From assembly GCA_050173015.1 (NCBI GenBank), contig JBFXLE010000009.1, positions 98,913 through 162,912 of the forward strand: a DNA stretch of 64,000 bases, read 5' to 3'. Shown in pieces: positions 35,042 through 45,475 of the stretch (its first letter is position 1; every line of letters begins with the position of its first letter). The notes beneath the pieces are model-generated. The model did not search any database. It saw only the letters and a program-made list of their open reading frames with translations, and was not told the origin of the DNA. The position numbers and the translations under genes were made by a program. This DNA is from Calditrichaceae bacterium. Its GTDB lineage: Bacteria > Calditrichota > Calditrichia > Calditrichales > JBFXGD01.

Positions 35042-36604
35042 TTAATCCTGATTTTCGTTGCGTTCAGCTCTGCGCAGCATCGCCTCAAATCGCATGAAAT
35101 CTTTTGCTTCGTCATTTCGGTCAATTGTAATCTGATCTATGCTGTGATCGGTCCCACCGGAGTGCCTGATGACTTCATAGATAGGTTCCCATACGCGGCC
35201 GATGCGGTGTGTTTCGCTTATTTTTAGCACCATGGCATAATCTTCACCGTAATTACGCGCGAAGGGTTCCTCGTTTAAACCAAAACCGATTTGACGAATA
35301 AGGCTTATAGGTATTGATCGCGGCGCGCCGGCGCCGTTTATCCTTAAAAGATTGTTTCTGCCGTTTTCTTCGGTCCACTCATCATGCGTTACCACCGGTA
35401 TGTCACTCAGTCGTTTAATGCTGTCATCAGCTTGTTTCTCCCAGACTTCGTACGAACCGATTACCATTCCGATCAATGGATCGGATTCATAGACCTTGAG
35501 TATTTTTTCCACCGCATCCGGCTTCAAACGGTCATCCGAGTCAAGCTGGACGTAATATTCACCGCGCGCCGCCTTGGCGCCCATATTCAGACACAGACCG
35601 ATATTATTGATGTCGTAAACCAGAAGTACCACTTCAGGTAGAGATTCATCATAGCAATCTCCGCCCGGCATATGGCGCCTGACCTGCGCGGTTGTGGGAT
35701 CCGAAACGCCTCCATTGACCACGACAATGACTTCAATCTCCTTCACCGTTTGATTTTGTACACTTTCAATAGCGGCGCTGATAAATTCAGGACGATTGTT
35801 CACCGGGATGATAACCGATGCCTTTAGTGTCGCTTCTGCCGATGGGGAGGGGCGGGGGACAAAGTGTTTTCCCGGAGCAAGGTATGAACCTATCCGCTTC
35901 AGATGTTCCGTTAGCACCATTTCAGCTTCAAGCTGACTTTCTTTGCTTGCCATTAGATAATCAAAGACGTTATGTCTTTGGCCTTTTGCAACAACACGAT
36001 AGGCCGAACCCGCGTATCGGCTGGCAATATGGATTAATTCATAATTTTCAGAAATTTTTAAACGCAAATCATAAAGGGTCGCGTACTTGAGTGATTTATC
36101 AATATATCCGATATCCTGAAGAATACGTTTCCTAAAAAAATAAACTTTTCCAAAATCCTGATTATCCCGAACACGTCCAAAGTGGTGTTTGAGCAAGTGA
36201 ATATCTCTTGTCTGCCCATTTTCTTCAAGCTCGTAATCTGAATAAATCATACCTGCATTTCTATTACGCTTCGCGGCCGATAAAAACAAATCAATTGCCC
36301 CGTATTTCAGAAAAATCGGGATTTTCCTGTTATCCATATACAAGATAAAGGGAGTCTCGGCTTGTTTGAAGACCTGATAGAGAGAATCGCTATAGGAATT
36401 TTTCCCTGAAAAGAAGAACTTGACAGAGAACGATTCAGTGTTGATTTCGGAAACACTTCGTTTGAGTCTCTCATCCGGTTCCGCACCAATGATCAACACT
36501 TCAAAGTTGTTATTCGTTTGACCGAAAACGGTTTGAAGCAATTTAAGAAAAATGTCCTGTGGCTCTGAATAGTGCAAAACAATTGCAACACCTTTATCTG
36601 ACAT
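35042..36604 (-). CDS. Family 2 glycosyltransferase (two GT-A-like halves)
   Basis: SVIIPVNNRPEFISAAIESVQNQT and YVQLDSDD motifs. The N-terminal half also looks GT-like. Confidence 0.7.
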   Translation of the reverse strand: MSDKGVAIVLHYSEPQDIFLKLLQTVFGQTNNNFEVLIIGAEPDERLKRSVSEINTESFSVKFFFSGKNSYSDSLYQVFKQAETPFILYMDNRKIPIFLKYGAIDLFLSAAKRNRNAGMIYSDYELEENGQTRDIHLLKHHFGRVRDNQDFGKVYFFRKRILQDIGYIDKSLKYATLYDLRLKISENYELIHIASRYAGSAYRVVAKGQRHNVFDYLMASKESQLEAEMVLTEHLKRIGSYLAPGKHFVPRPSPSAEATLKASVIIPVNNRPEFISAAIESVQNQTVKEIEVIVVVNGGVSDPTTAQVRRHMPGGDCYDESLPEVVLLVYDINNIGLCLNMGAKAARGEYYVQLDSDDRLKPDAVEKILKVYESDPLIGMVIGSYEVWEKQADDSIKRLSDIPVVTHDEWTEENGRNNLLRINGAGAPRSIPISLIRQIGFGLNEEPFARNYGEDYAMVLKISETHRIGRVWEPIYEVIRHSGGTDHSIDQITIDRNDEAKDFMRFEAMLRRAERNENQD

Positions 36605-36826
36605 TGGATTCTCCTAAAATTCATCTTTGTAAGTTATAACTATGAATGCTGTGAATTTGAATTGCCGGTATCAGTCGTCATGATTTAAATCTGAATGTAA
36701 TCGGTCTATTCCTGAAATGATGATCAATGCTAAATAAAACAAATTAAATACCAATCCAATATTAATAATAACTTGGCTAAAATTCAAAAAGAATCATACA
36801 CAAACGATACTTCAAGTAAATAAATA

Positions 36827-38032
36827 TTAAAACACTCTGATACAATATCCCTTCAAATAAGCGGATTCAGGAAAGCTGGCGCTTACCGGATGATCCAGTC
36901 CCGCCCCAAATCCTTTAACATAGTGCAGATTGCGTCCTGATTCGACGCCTGCCGAGTGCAGCACCTGGCGGAATAGTTTTTCATCCATAAAATGAGAGCA
37001 GGAGAAAGTGAATAGCAATCCATCTTTCTTTAGCAGCTTCATCGCCAAACGGTTAAGATTTTGATAACCGCGGGCGCCGGCCTGAATTTGTGTCCTTTTC
37101 TTTATAAATGCCGGAGGATCAAGAATAATAATATCAAATTCACCGTCCTGCTTCCCGTTCAGATACTGGAAAACATCCCGAACGATAAGTTCATGTTTAG
37201 AAGGATCCTGCTCATTGCTCTCAATATTTGCCTTTGCCAGTTCGATAGCCTGAGAGGATGAATCTACTGAAATGACATTTCGGGCGCCGCCTGCGACAGC
37301 GTAAATAGAGAATCCGGCGCTGTAACTGAAACAGTTCAATATTTGAGTATCGTCGCAAAACTGACGAAGTATTTGCCGGTTTTCCCTCTGGTCCAAAAAA
37401 AATCCTGTTTTTTGACCTGCGGAAACATCGACTATAAAGTTCAGATCATTTTCTTTTATCGTAATCAGGGGAGTGTGCAATGTACCGCTGAGCAGGCCCT
37501 GAAATGGTTTAAATCCTTCGAGAAGGGCGGCTTTTTCATCCGCGTGCTCTAAAATAGCCGTTGGATGGAACATATCATTCAGGATTTGGATGACAACGGG
37601 TTTAATACGCTGCGCGCCCGCCGATAAAAACTGGCATGACAAAACATCGTTATACTTATCAATGATGACACCCGGAATTCCATCACTTTCGGAGAAAAAT
37701 AATCTGAATGAATCCGTTTTTGTCGGATCAATGTGACGATTCCTGAACGAATAGGCTGAATGGATTTGTTCTTTAAAATAATTTTCATCCGGTTCACCGG
37801 TTCCGAAGGTGACGATACGAGCGCGGATTTGAGAATTCGGGCTGTAGAATCCCGTCCCGAGCAGTTCTCCGGAAGAGCTTGTTATCCTAATATAGTCTCC
37901 GTTATCCGGTGTCCCTTTGAGCGAATGTATCGCGCCTGAAAAGATCCATGGATGCCTGTTTATGACAGATTTTTCCCGGCCTTTTTTCAATATCAGTGTA
38001 GGAGACATATAATCCCTTTCTTCAAAAATCAC
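36827..38032 (-). CDS. rlmI: Class I SAM-dependent 23S rRNA (cytosine-C5) methyltransferase, RlmI-like
   Basis: PUA-like N-terminus LKKGREKSVINRHPWIFSGAI, the methyltransferase core NCFSYSAGFS and DIIILDPPAF. The start may be the internal Met at 38008. Confidence 0.7.
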   Translation of the reverse strand: MIFEERDYMSPTLILKKGREKSVINRHPWIFSGAIHSLKGTPDNGDYIRITSSSGELLGTGFYSPNSQIRARIVTFGTGEPDENYFKEQIHSAYSFRNRHIDPTKTDSFRLFFSESDGIPGVIIDKYNDVLSCQFLSAGAQRIKPVVIQILNDMFHPTAILEHADEKAALLEGFKPFQGLLSGTLHTPLITIKENDLNFIVDVSAGQKTGFFLDQRENRQILRQFCDDTQILNCFSYSAGFSIYAVAGGARNVISVDSSSQAIELAKANIESNEQDPSKHELIVRDVFQYLNGKQDGEFDIIILDPPAFIKKRTQIQAGARGYQNLNRLAMKLLKKDGLLFTFSCSHFMDEKLFRQVLHSAGVESGRNLHYVKGFGAGLDHPVSASFPESAYLKGYCIRVF

Positions 38033-38214
38033 TTTTCTTTGCGAATAAGTTACAAAATTAAAAAAGCATAGATAATTAAACCATTATTTATTATATTTTT
38101 GTAGGCGCACTTTAATATATGCAAGAAAAAAATCAGACAAAATATCTTTATAAGCAGAATTGAACGGAAATGGTTAATTCCCGAATTTTTATTTAATTAG
38201 AATCGGAAAATGTT

Positions 38215-41200
38215 GTGAATTTTAAAATATTGGTTATAACACACAAATCTGCCATCGATGAAAATATCATAGAAGATCTTATTAAAAATAGTAGTGATAT
38301 CGAATATCTCTCTTATGAATCAATTGAAGAGTTACCATTAAGATACGACAACAAGTTATATGCCGGTATCATTTTTTTACGCAAAGAAATTGATAAAGAT
38401 ATCGTGAGGTACATTGATCTACTTAGAGCTGAGCACAATAAACACACTATATACGTTGTCGGAAAACCAATTGGAAAAGCAGTTTATCTGTCATTTGCCA
38501 AGTTCACAGATACGTTCCTGTTCGAAGCATCTGAATTTTTGTATGAGCAACTAAAATATATTGTTCAGCATCTGAAAAATATTTTTGACACAAAAATAAA
38601 ATATCAAAACAGGTATGATAAGTATTTAGGATTAATTCAGGAAAGTCCCATGCCTGTTCTCGCCGTTAAAAGGTCCGGAAAAATTGAATATACAAATAAA
38701 GCCTTTTTGAAATTATTTAAGTATGAGCCGAAGCTTTTATCTGAAGTCAATCTTGAAAATTGCGTACCCGCGAACATTTATGAAGAAATATCAGCCGGTT
38801 TTTTAAGCTCATCCGATCACAATTCGATCTATCTGCGGGAAACGACCTTCCTTGACGGTAAACAAAGCCTGATTCCATGCGGCATTTATGCAGTTTTTGA
38901 AAAGTTTTTAGATGAACCGCTTTGTTTTCTTTTCCTTTCTGATCACCGGCAATCTGATTCGGGACGTCAGGAACTGAAAAACCGGGTTGAGACTTTTAAA
39001 GAAGTTGCGGAGATTATAAAGATTATTTCTTTGACCCATGAACTGCAGTTTCCTCTGAAATCCCTTGCTGAACGTATAAAAAAAGTATTCAAAAGTGATT
39101 TTCTGCTCGTAAATATGGTAAATGATGATGAAACATCCCTTATGCGGAATCAGGAAGACAAAAATAATAATCATTTGCTTGATGATTTTGAAGAAATCAT
39201 TCTGAGCGGAGCAAAAACGATTGATGTCTGTTTGATCCATAAAAACAGGTTTCCTGCAGAAAAGGTAAATAAATCAAACATAAGCAGTATTATGATTTTG
39301 CCGCTTTCAGCAGGTGATAAGTTATATGGCGTCATTACTCTGTTTTTTGTCAATCCATATGAGGATCAAAAAAGCTGGTATGAGCCGGCGACAATCATAG
39401 GTAGAATAATTTCACTTGGAATAGCAAAATCACGTCTTATTTCTGAGCTCAGTATTTCAAGACAAAATTATAGGGAAATAGTGGAAAACGCTCTGGACGG
39501 AATATATAGAAGCAGCCCGGACGGAAAAATTCTCTATGCCAATCCCGCACTGCTCAAAATGCTTGAATATGATTCATTGGAAGACCTTCAGCAGTTACCC
39601 ATTGAAGACGCGCTGTACAGGGATGCCGTACAGAGGGAACAATTCACAACCGAAATTGAAAAAAATCAGAAAGTCCGGAATTATGTGCTCAATTTAAAAA
39701 CAAAAAATAATAGAGAACTGAAAGTTATTGAGCATGCCCATGTGATCACCGGAGCAAACGGCGCAAAGTTTTATGAGGGGATTATACGTGACATCACCGA
39801 ATATGCAGAACTCGAAAAGTCGTTAAAAAACACACAGAATTTCGCGGATGAACTTATTGAAAAAGCCAGTATCATTATGAATGCGTTCGATTCGGAAGGC
39901 AATATCATCATCTGGAATAAAAAAGCAGAAGAAATTACCGGTTATAAAAAAGAGGAAGTTCTGGGCCGGAAAGATTTTTTAAAAAAAATATATCGGGATC
40001 AATCATATTATCGCTATGTGATGGAATCTTCTGAAATTTCTAATAAGGATAATCTTAACGATCCTATTGAATATACGCTTACCGCGAAAAATGGTGAAGA
40101 AAAAAAGATTCGCTGGACAGGTATGCGGATCAAATCGGAACCTTACGGGGAAGTGGATGTCAGCTTCGGAGTGGACATGACGGAGACCCGTCGGTTAGAA
40201 AAAAGACTGCTCGACGCGCAAAAAATTGAAACTTACAGCTCTATATCGGCAAGTATCGCTGAAGATTTTAACCAGGTGCTCCGGTCAATAATTGAAAATG
40301 TCTCGAACGCCAAAGTCAATCTTGGCAGCGAAAATACTCTTTTAAAACATTTGGAACTCATAGACGAATCGGTTCACACCGGCGGCCAATTGACCGGTCA
40401 GCTTCTCAGCCTGACTCAAAAATCAGAGCCAAGGCTTATAATCGTTGATCCCAATCAGATAATTGAGCAGTCCGTAAATGTAATTGAACATACCATTCCG
40501 GAAGGAATTGAGATGGAGGCGGAACTGCAGACCAGGGATTATATTATGGTGGATCCGGCACAATTAAATCAGGTTATATTAAATCTGGCATTAAATTCTG
40601 TTGAGGCCATGCCTGAGGGCGGCAAGATTGTGATTCGGTCTGAATCGGTTAAAACCGCTCAGGAGGCGCGACTTACGGAAAATCATGCAGCCGGTGATCA
40701 ATATGTGAAGATTTCGGTTTCGGATACCGGTACAGGTATGAGCGATGATGTCAAAAATCGTCTTTTCGAACCGTTTTTCTCGACAAAAAAGGGTACTAGT
40801 TCAAAAGGTCTCGGATTATCATTGATTTACCGCGTCGTCAGCAGTCATAAAGGATTTATCTTTTTTGACTCGACAATAGGGAAGGGGACCGAATTTTCTC
40901 TCTACTTTCCCACCGCCTGGAAAAACCATGAAGAGGAACCAAAAAAACAGGTAAAATATACAATCCTGGTGGTTGACGATGAATCCATTATACGTGACTT
41001 AATACGTGATGTTCTTGTCACTAATGATTTCGATGTACTGTTAGCGGATGACGGATTGACGGGACTCGAATTGTTTGAGAAAAATATGGAAAAAATTGAT
41101 CTCGTGATATTGGATATCATCATGCCGAATATGGACGGACTTGCTCTTTATAACAAAATTAAAAAGATAAAACCTTCTGCCAGGGTACTTATTACATCGG

Positions 41201-41316
41201 GATACAGCAAATCTGATGTTAAAAATGAACTCGTGACAAGGGGAATAGACGGTTTTTTGCCAAAACCGTTTAATATTCGGAGTCTTATGGATATGATATC
41301 CAATATTTTGAAATAA
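38215..41316 (+). CDS. Hybrid sensor histidine kinase / response regulator with PAS and GAF-like domains
   Basis: 1033 aa. PAS-like segments, HATPase_c motifs (LNLALNSVEAM, DTGTGM, GLGLSL) and a C-terminal receiver (ILVVDDE...LDIIMPNMDG...KP). Confidence 0.8.
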   Translation: MNFKILVITHKSAIDENIIEDLIKNSSDIEYLSYESIEELPLRYDNKLYAGIIFLRKEIDKDIVRYIDLLRAEHNKHTIYVVGKPIGKAVYLSFAKFTDTFLFEASEFLYEQLKYIVQHLKNIFDTKIKYQNRYDKYLGLIQESPMPVLAVKRSGKIEYTNKAFLKLFKYEPKLLSEVNLENCVPANIYEEISAGFLSSSDHNSIYLRETTFLDGKQSLIPCGIYAVFEKFLDEPLCFLFLSDHRQSDSGRQELKNRVETFKEVAEIIKIISLTHELQFPLKSLAERIKKVFKSDFLLVNMVNDDETSLMRNQEDKNNNHLLDDFEEIILSGAKTIDVCLIHKNRFPAEKVNKSNISSIMILPLSAGDKLYGVITLFFVNPYEDQKSWYEPATIIGRIISLGIAKSRLISELSISRQNYREIVENALDGIYRSSPDGKILYANPALLKMLEYDSLEDLQQLPIEDALYRDAVQREQFTTEIEKNQKVRNYVLNLKTKNNRELKVIEHAHVITGANGAKFYEGIIRDITEYAELEKSLKNTQNFADELIEKASIIMNAFDSEGNIIIWNKKAEEITGYKKEEVLGRKDFLKKIYRDQSYYRYVMESSEISNKDNLNDPIEYTLTAKNGEEKKIRWTGMRIKSEPYGEVDVSFGVDMTETRRLEKRLLDAQKIETYSSISASIAEDFNQVLRSIIENVSNAKVNLGSENTLLKHLELIDESVHTGGQLTGQLLSLTQKSEPRLIIVDPNQIIEQSVNVIEHTIPEGIEMEAELQTRDYIMVDPAQLNQVILNLALNSVEAMPEGGKIVIRSESVKTAQEARLTENHAAGDQYVKISVSDTGTGMSDDVKNRLFEPFFSTKKGTSSKGLGLSLIYRVVSSHKGFIFFDSTIGKGTEFSLYFPTAWKNHEEEPKKQVKYTILVVDDESIIRDLIRDVLVTNDFDVLLADDGLTGLELFEKNMEKIDLVILDIIMPNMDGLALYNKIKKIKPSARVLITSGYSKSDVKNELVTRGIDGFLPKPFNIRSLMDMISNILK

Positions 41317-41427
41317 ATAAAAATTAATGGAAAAAATTGATTTTCCTTGGTATCTTTATTGATAGTTTACGTATTGTATTGTTTGGTACTTTTGAAGCGA
41401 CAGATCTGTAAGACGGAGAATCTATAA

Positions 41428-41847
41428 ATGAAAAGGGTGTTGGTGCTTGGAACGGATAATGCCTGCATCAGCCAGATGATGGCCGCACTTCTGAAACATA
41501 TTACTTTTAATCGTGTAGAAGTTGCTAGCGCAGGTGTAACACCAAAAAAAATTGACAAGACTTTGATTAAGGTATTGCAGGAAATAGGAATAGATCTTTC
41601 AAAAGAAAAATCAAAAATGTTTAATGAATTTGTGCATAACCGATTTGAGATAATAATTTCTACATCCGAAGAATCACGACCGCTTGTAGATCATTTTGTG
41701 GGCAGCATCACCAAAATTCATAAAGAGTTTGATGATCCGAGATATTTTAAGGGGAACTCACTTGAAAAAACCAATGAGTTTAGGAGACTTCGGGATGAAA
41801 TGAATGAATGGTTAAACGATTTTGTTTCGAGACACCGGTTGGTTTAA
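41428..41847 (+). CDS. LMW phosphotyrosine phosphatase / ArsC-fold protein with a degenerate active-site loop
   Basis: 139 aa. RVLVLGTDNACISQMMAAL aligns with the canonical (I/V)LFVCTGNSCRSQMAE P-loop, but the catalytic Cys is replaced by Gly and the Arg by Ile. Confidence 0.55.
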   Translation: MKRVLVLGTDNACISQMMAALLKHITFNRVEVASAGVTPKKIDKTLIKVLQEIGIDLSKEKSKMFNEFVHNRFEIIISTSEESRPLVDHFVGSITKIHKEFDDPRYFKGNSLEKTNEFRRLRDEMNEWLNDFVSRHRLV

Positions 41848-41987
41848 CCCATTAATAATTTAAAATTAATTGGAATATTATCTGAACTTTTGATAAAATT
41901 TGTAGTTTAGAACAGAATTGTTTTTGGTTATCTCGAACTTCAAAAAACTTCTGAGATTGAATTTCCTGTAATTTTCTGGAGGCGACA

Positions 41988-43514
41988 ATGAGTTTTCGTT
42001 TTGGTAGCGGATTGCGGACCGCGATAATTTATACTTTTCTATTCATTTTACCAGTTTTGGCAAATAATCCCGATAACGTCGCCGCATCGGCGGAAGGTGA
42101 CACCGTTCAAGCGAATGCAGTGATAGAACATTCCACGGATGGACATTCGGAAGGCCCCGCATTAGGTGAACAATTGGCTTTATGGACAACGATACCATTT
42201 ATTGGGATTCTGCTCTCAATCGCCTTGTTTCCATTAATCGCGCCGCATTTTTGGCATAAACATTTCCCAAAAGTCTCAGCATTTTGGGCGCTGCTGTTTG
42301 CAATCCCATTTTTGATCGCGTATAAGGATCAAGCCATCTATCAAATCCTGCACATATATTTACTGGATTACATTCCTTTTATCATATTGCTGTGGGGATT
42401 ATTTACCGTCTCGGGTGGCATTCTTGTCAAAGGTACCCTTAAAGGCACGCCCGTTGTCAATGTATTATTGATTCTCATAGGCACACTTCTCTCATCCTGG
42501 ATCGGAACAACAGGATCGGCAATGGTCATGATCAGACCTCTGATACGCGCGAACGAGCATAGAAAACACAAGGTTCACCTTATCGTGTTTTTTATCTTTC
42601 TTGTCGCCAATATTGGTGGATCGTTAACACCTCTTGGTGATCCGCCGCTCTTTCTGGGATTTTTGCATGGAGTCAGTTTCTTCTGGACGTTCAATCTCTT
42701 CCCGGATATGATGGTCGCGTCGGGTATCTTGTTAATTCTTCTGTACGCGTTTGACACCTACTATTACCGGAAAGAAAAGAATTTACCCACAGATCCGGAA
42801 GAAAAATCTCCGATTCGAATCGAAGGAGCATATAATTTTCTGATGCTTGGGGGAATTATTGCCGGTGTTTTGTTCAGCGGATTTGTCCACCTGCCACATG
42901 TAAATGTATTTGGCGTTCATATGGCGCTTCAGGGTATTGTAAGAGATGTCTGGATTATTTTTATGGGACTGCTTTCCCTTAAATTGACTTCAAAAGATAT
43001 CCGTGAAGGTAACGGATTCAGTTGGTTTCCCATTCAGGAAGTCGCTTATCTCTTTGCCGGTATTTTTATGACGATCATTCCGGCGCTGGCTATTCTGCAG
43101 GCCGGAGATAAGGGAGCGTTTGCTGCTTTGGTAAATGCTGTAAAAGAGCCGTCTCATTATTTCTGGGTCACAGGCGGCCTTTCGAGTTTTCTCGATAACG
43201 CACCGACATATCTCACGTTTTTTAATAGCGCCCTGGGAAAACTTGGCCTTACTGAGATGCAGATAAGGGAAGCCTTTATTGCCGGAGACGTGACCGCCAA
43301 ATTCCCGGAATTTATTTCCTATCTTAAAGCAATTTCTGTTGGCGCCGTATTTATGGGAGCCAATACATATATAGGAAACGCTCCGAATTTTATGGTGAAA
43401 TCCATTGCGGAAGAATCCGGCATATCAATGCCGAGCTTCTTTGGATATATTCTCAAATATTCCCTACCTATCCTGATTCCGGTATTTATTATCATTACGA
43501 TAATATTCTTCTAG
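41988..43514 (+). CDS. ArsB/NhaD-superfamily permease (sodium:proton antiporter-like)
   Basis: 508 aa and polytopic. The motifs GGSLTPLGDPPLFLGF and LDNAPTYLTF are typical of this family. Confidence 0.6.
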   Translation: MSFRFGSGLRTAIIYTFLFILPVLANNPDNVAASAEGDTVQANAVIEHSTDGHSEGPALGEQLALWTTIPFIGILLSIALFPLIAPHFWHKHFPKVSAFWALLFAIPFLIAYKDQAIYQILHIYLLDYIPFIILLWGLFTVSGGILVKGTLKGTPVVNVLLILIGTLLSSWIGTTGSAMVMIRPLIRANEHRKHKVHLIVFFIFLVANIGGSLTPLGDPPLFLGFLHGVSFFWTFNLFPDMMVASGILLILLYAFDTYYYRKEKNLPTDPEEKSPIRIEGAYNFLMLGGIIAGVLFSGFVHLPHVNVFGVHMALQGIVRDVWIIFMGLLSLKLTSKDIREGNGFSWFPIQEVAYLFAGIFMTIIPALAILQAGDKGAFAALVNAVKEPSHYFWVTGGLSSFLDNAPTYLTFFNSALGKLGLTEMQIREAFIAGDVTAKFPEFISYLKAISVGAVFMGANTYIGNAPNFMVKSIAEESGISMPSFFGYILKYSLPILIPVFIIITIIFF

Positions 43515-43643
43515 ATTTATTAAGGCGGATTGATGAAAATCAATCCGCTTTTTCCTACTTTCGATTTTCATTGCATTGCTATTTTATTTATATTTCACGT
43601 GGTTTCGAAAAGCGAATCCCGCAAACACAATTTTATTACAGGC

Positions 43644-45473
43644 ATGGATATGATTTCAGATCAGAAAGAAGTCAGAAATAAAATAAAAATTCTCCCGCAG
43701 AATTTAGCAAATAAAATAGCTGCCGGCGAAGTCGTTGAGCGTCCCGCCTCAGTCGTGAAAGAACTTGTCGAGAACGCCATTGATGCCGGTGCGACAAAGA
43801 TATCAGTTGTCATTGAAACGGGTGGAAAAAAGCTCATTCAGATTATTGATAACGGCAGCGGTATGAGCGTATCCGATTTAACACTGGCATTTGAGCGCCA
43901 TGCAACCAGTAAAATTCAGGATGAATCGGATCTTGGCCATATATTGACTCTTGGCTTTCGCGGAGAAGCTCTTCCCAGTATCGCCTCTGTTTCTCAGATT
44001 GAGATAAAAACACGCCGCAAAGAAGACAATATGGGAAGCGTTTTTACACTGAACGGCGGGAGAGATGGACAGATGAAAAAAATTGCAGCGAATGTCGGCA
44101 CCGGCATCTCTGTAAAAAATCTGTTTTTCAATACGCCGGCCAGAAGAAATTTTCTTCGCGCCGACAGTACGGAGAATCAGCAGATATTGATTGTCTTAAA
44201 AAGGTTTTTTTTAGCTTATCCTGACATCGCGTTTGATGTAGTTATTGATGACAAGCAGTTGTTTGATCTGAAAAGCGGCATGATTGATCAGCGGGTCAGG
44301 GATATTTTCGGCGATCAGATTTTTCCCGGATTGATTCCTTTGTCTGCAAGTGTCGGCGGCATCGAATTGACGGGATTTATAAGCCGTCCGGATGTGGTGA
44401 GGCGGTCAAGAGGAAACCAGCATCTGTATCTGAATGGCAGGCCCATTCAGGATAAAAGCCTTAACCATGCTGTTTTTCAGGGATACGCTAACCTGATTTC
44501 ACCGGGAGAGTACCCCATTTATGTGCTTTTTCTTGAAATAGACCCGGGCATGGTGGATGTAAATGTCCATCCCACGAAAATGGAAGTCCGTTTTTCCAAT
44601 GACAGAAGTTTGTACTATTTCTTTATGAGTACGGTAAAGAACGCTCTGAATAAAGAGGGGGTCATTCCCGAACTGAATGAAGGATTGACGGGGAGCGCTA
44701 TTCAAAAATCTCTGCAGGATTCGTCTTTCCCGACTGAAAACAAGCCCAGGGATATCATTGATGAATTAAAGACAAAAAACCGTTCCATGGCCAGGTATTC
44801 AGGCGATCAATTGAGCCTGACATACTTCAAACCGGATGTTAAAAAAGACGAGAATGAACAAAAGAATAACTGGGCGCCGGACAAGATTACTTTAGACAAT
44901 GTCGATGTTACCTTCTGGCAAATACACAGACGATATATTGTTTCTGAGATTAAAAGCGGTCTCGTAATAATAGATCAGCATGTGGCGCACGAGAGAATTC
45001 TTTTTGAACGTATCATGCATGTATTGAGGGAAGGCGGTCAGTCATTTGGACAAAAATTGCTCTTTCCACAAAAAATAACACTGGCGTATGATGATTTTAT
45101 GGTATTTAAAGACATATATCAGGTGTTGAATAAAATAGGTTTTAGTATAAAAGTCTTTAGCGGCACGACTATTGTAATCGAAGCAATGCCGGCTGACGTT
45201 AAAGTGGGTAGAGAATCTCAGATATTATTGGATATCATCGATTATTACCGGAATGAGCCTCTCCGGGATTTTGATCAGTATGAAAAAATCGGCGCTGCTT
45301 TTGCCTGTAAAAATGCCATAAAATCAGGCGAAGTTTTGTCTAAAGTTGAAATGCATAATATGGTGGATCAATTGTTTGCCTGCGAAACCCCGTTTTTTTG
45401 CCCGCATGGCCGGCCGGTGATCATTACGATAGACACCGAAGAACTGGATCGCAAATTTAAGCGGATTCCTTAG
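43644..45473 (+). CDS. mutL: DNA mismatch repair protein MutL
   Basis: IKILPQNLANKIAAGEVVERPASVVKELVENAIDAG, GFRGEAL and the C-terminal FACKNAIK...CPHGRP. I prefer the Met at 43644 over the track start at 43530. Confidence 0.9.
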   Translation: MDMISDQKEVRNKIKILPQNLANKIAAGEVVERPASVVKELVENAIDAGATKISVVIETGGKKLIQIIDNGSGMSVSDLTLAFERHATSKIQDESDLGHILTLGFRGEALPSIASVSQIEIKTRRKEDNMGSVFTLNGGRDGQMKKIAANVGTGISVKNLFFNTPARRNFLRADSTENQQILIVLKRFFLAYPDIAFDVVIDDKQLFDLKSGMIDQRVRDIFGDQIFPGLIPLSASVGGIELTGFISRPDVVRRSRGNQHLYLNGRPIQDKSLNHAVFQGYANLISPGEYPIYVLFLEIDPGMVDVNVHPTKMEVRFSNDRSLYYFFMSTVKNALNKEGVIPELNEGLTGSAIQKSLQDSSFPTENKPRDIIDELKTKNRSMARYSGDQLSLTYFKPDVKKDENEQKNNWAPDKITLDNVDVTFWQIHRRYIVSEIKSGLVIIDQHVAHERILFERIMHVLREGGQSFGQKLLFPQKITLAYDDFMVFKDIYQVLNKIGFSIKVFSGTTIVIEAMPADVKVGRESQILLDIIDYYRNEPLRDFDQYEKIGAAFACKNAIKSGEVLSKVEMHNMVDQLFACETPFFCPHGRPVIITIDTEELDRKFKRIP

Positions 45474-45475
45474 CG

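Noticed and set aside
43530-43643. N-terminal extension of MutL from the track start.
   Set aside because: The 38 extra residues are hydrophobic and unlike MutL. The conserved ATPase N-terminus starts shortly after the Met at 43644.
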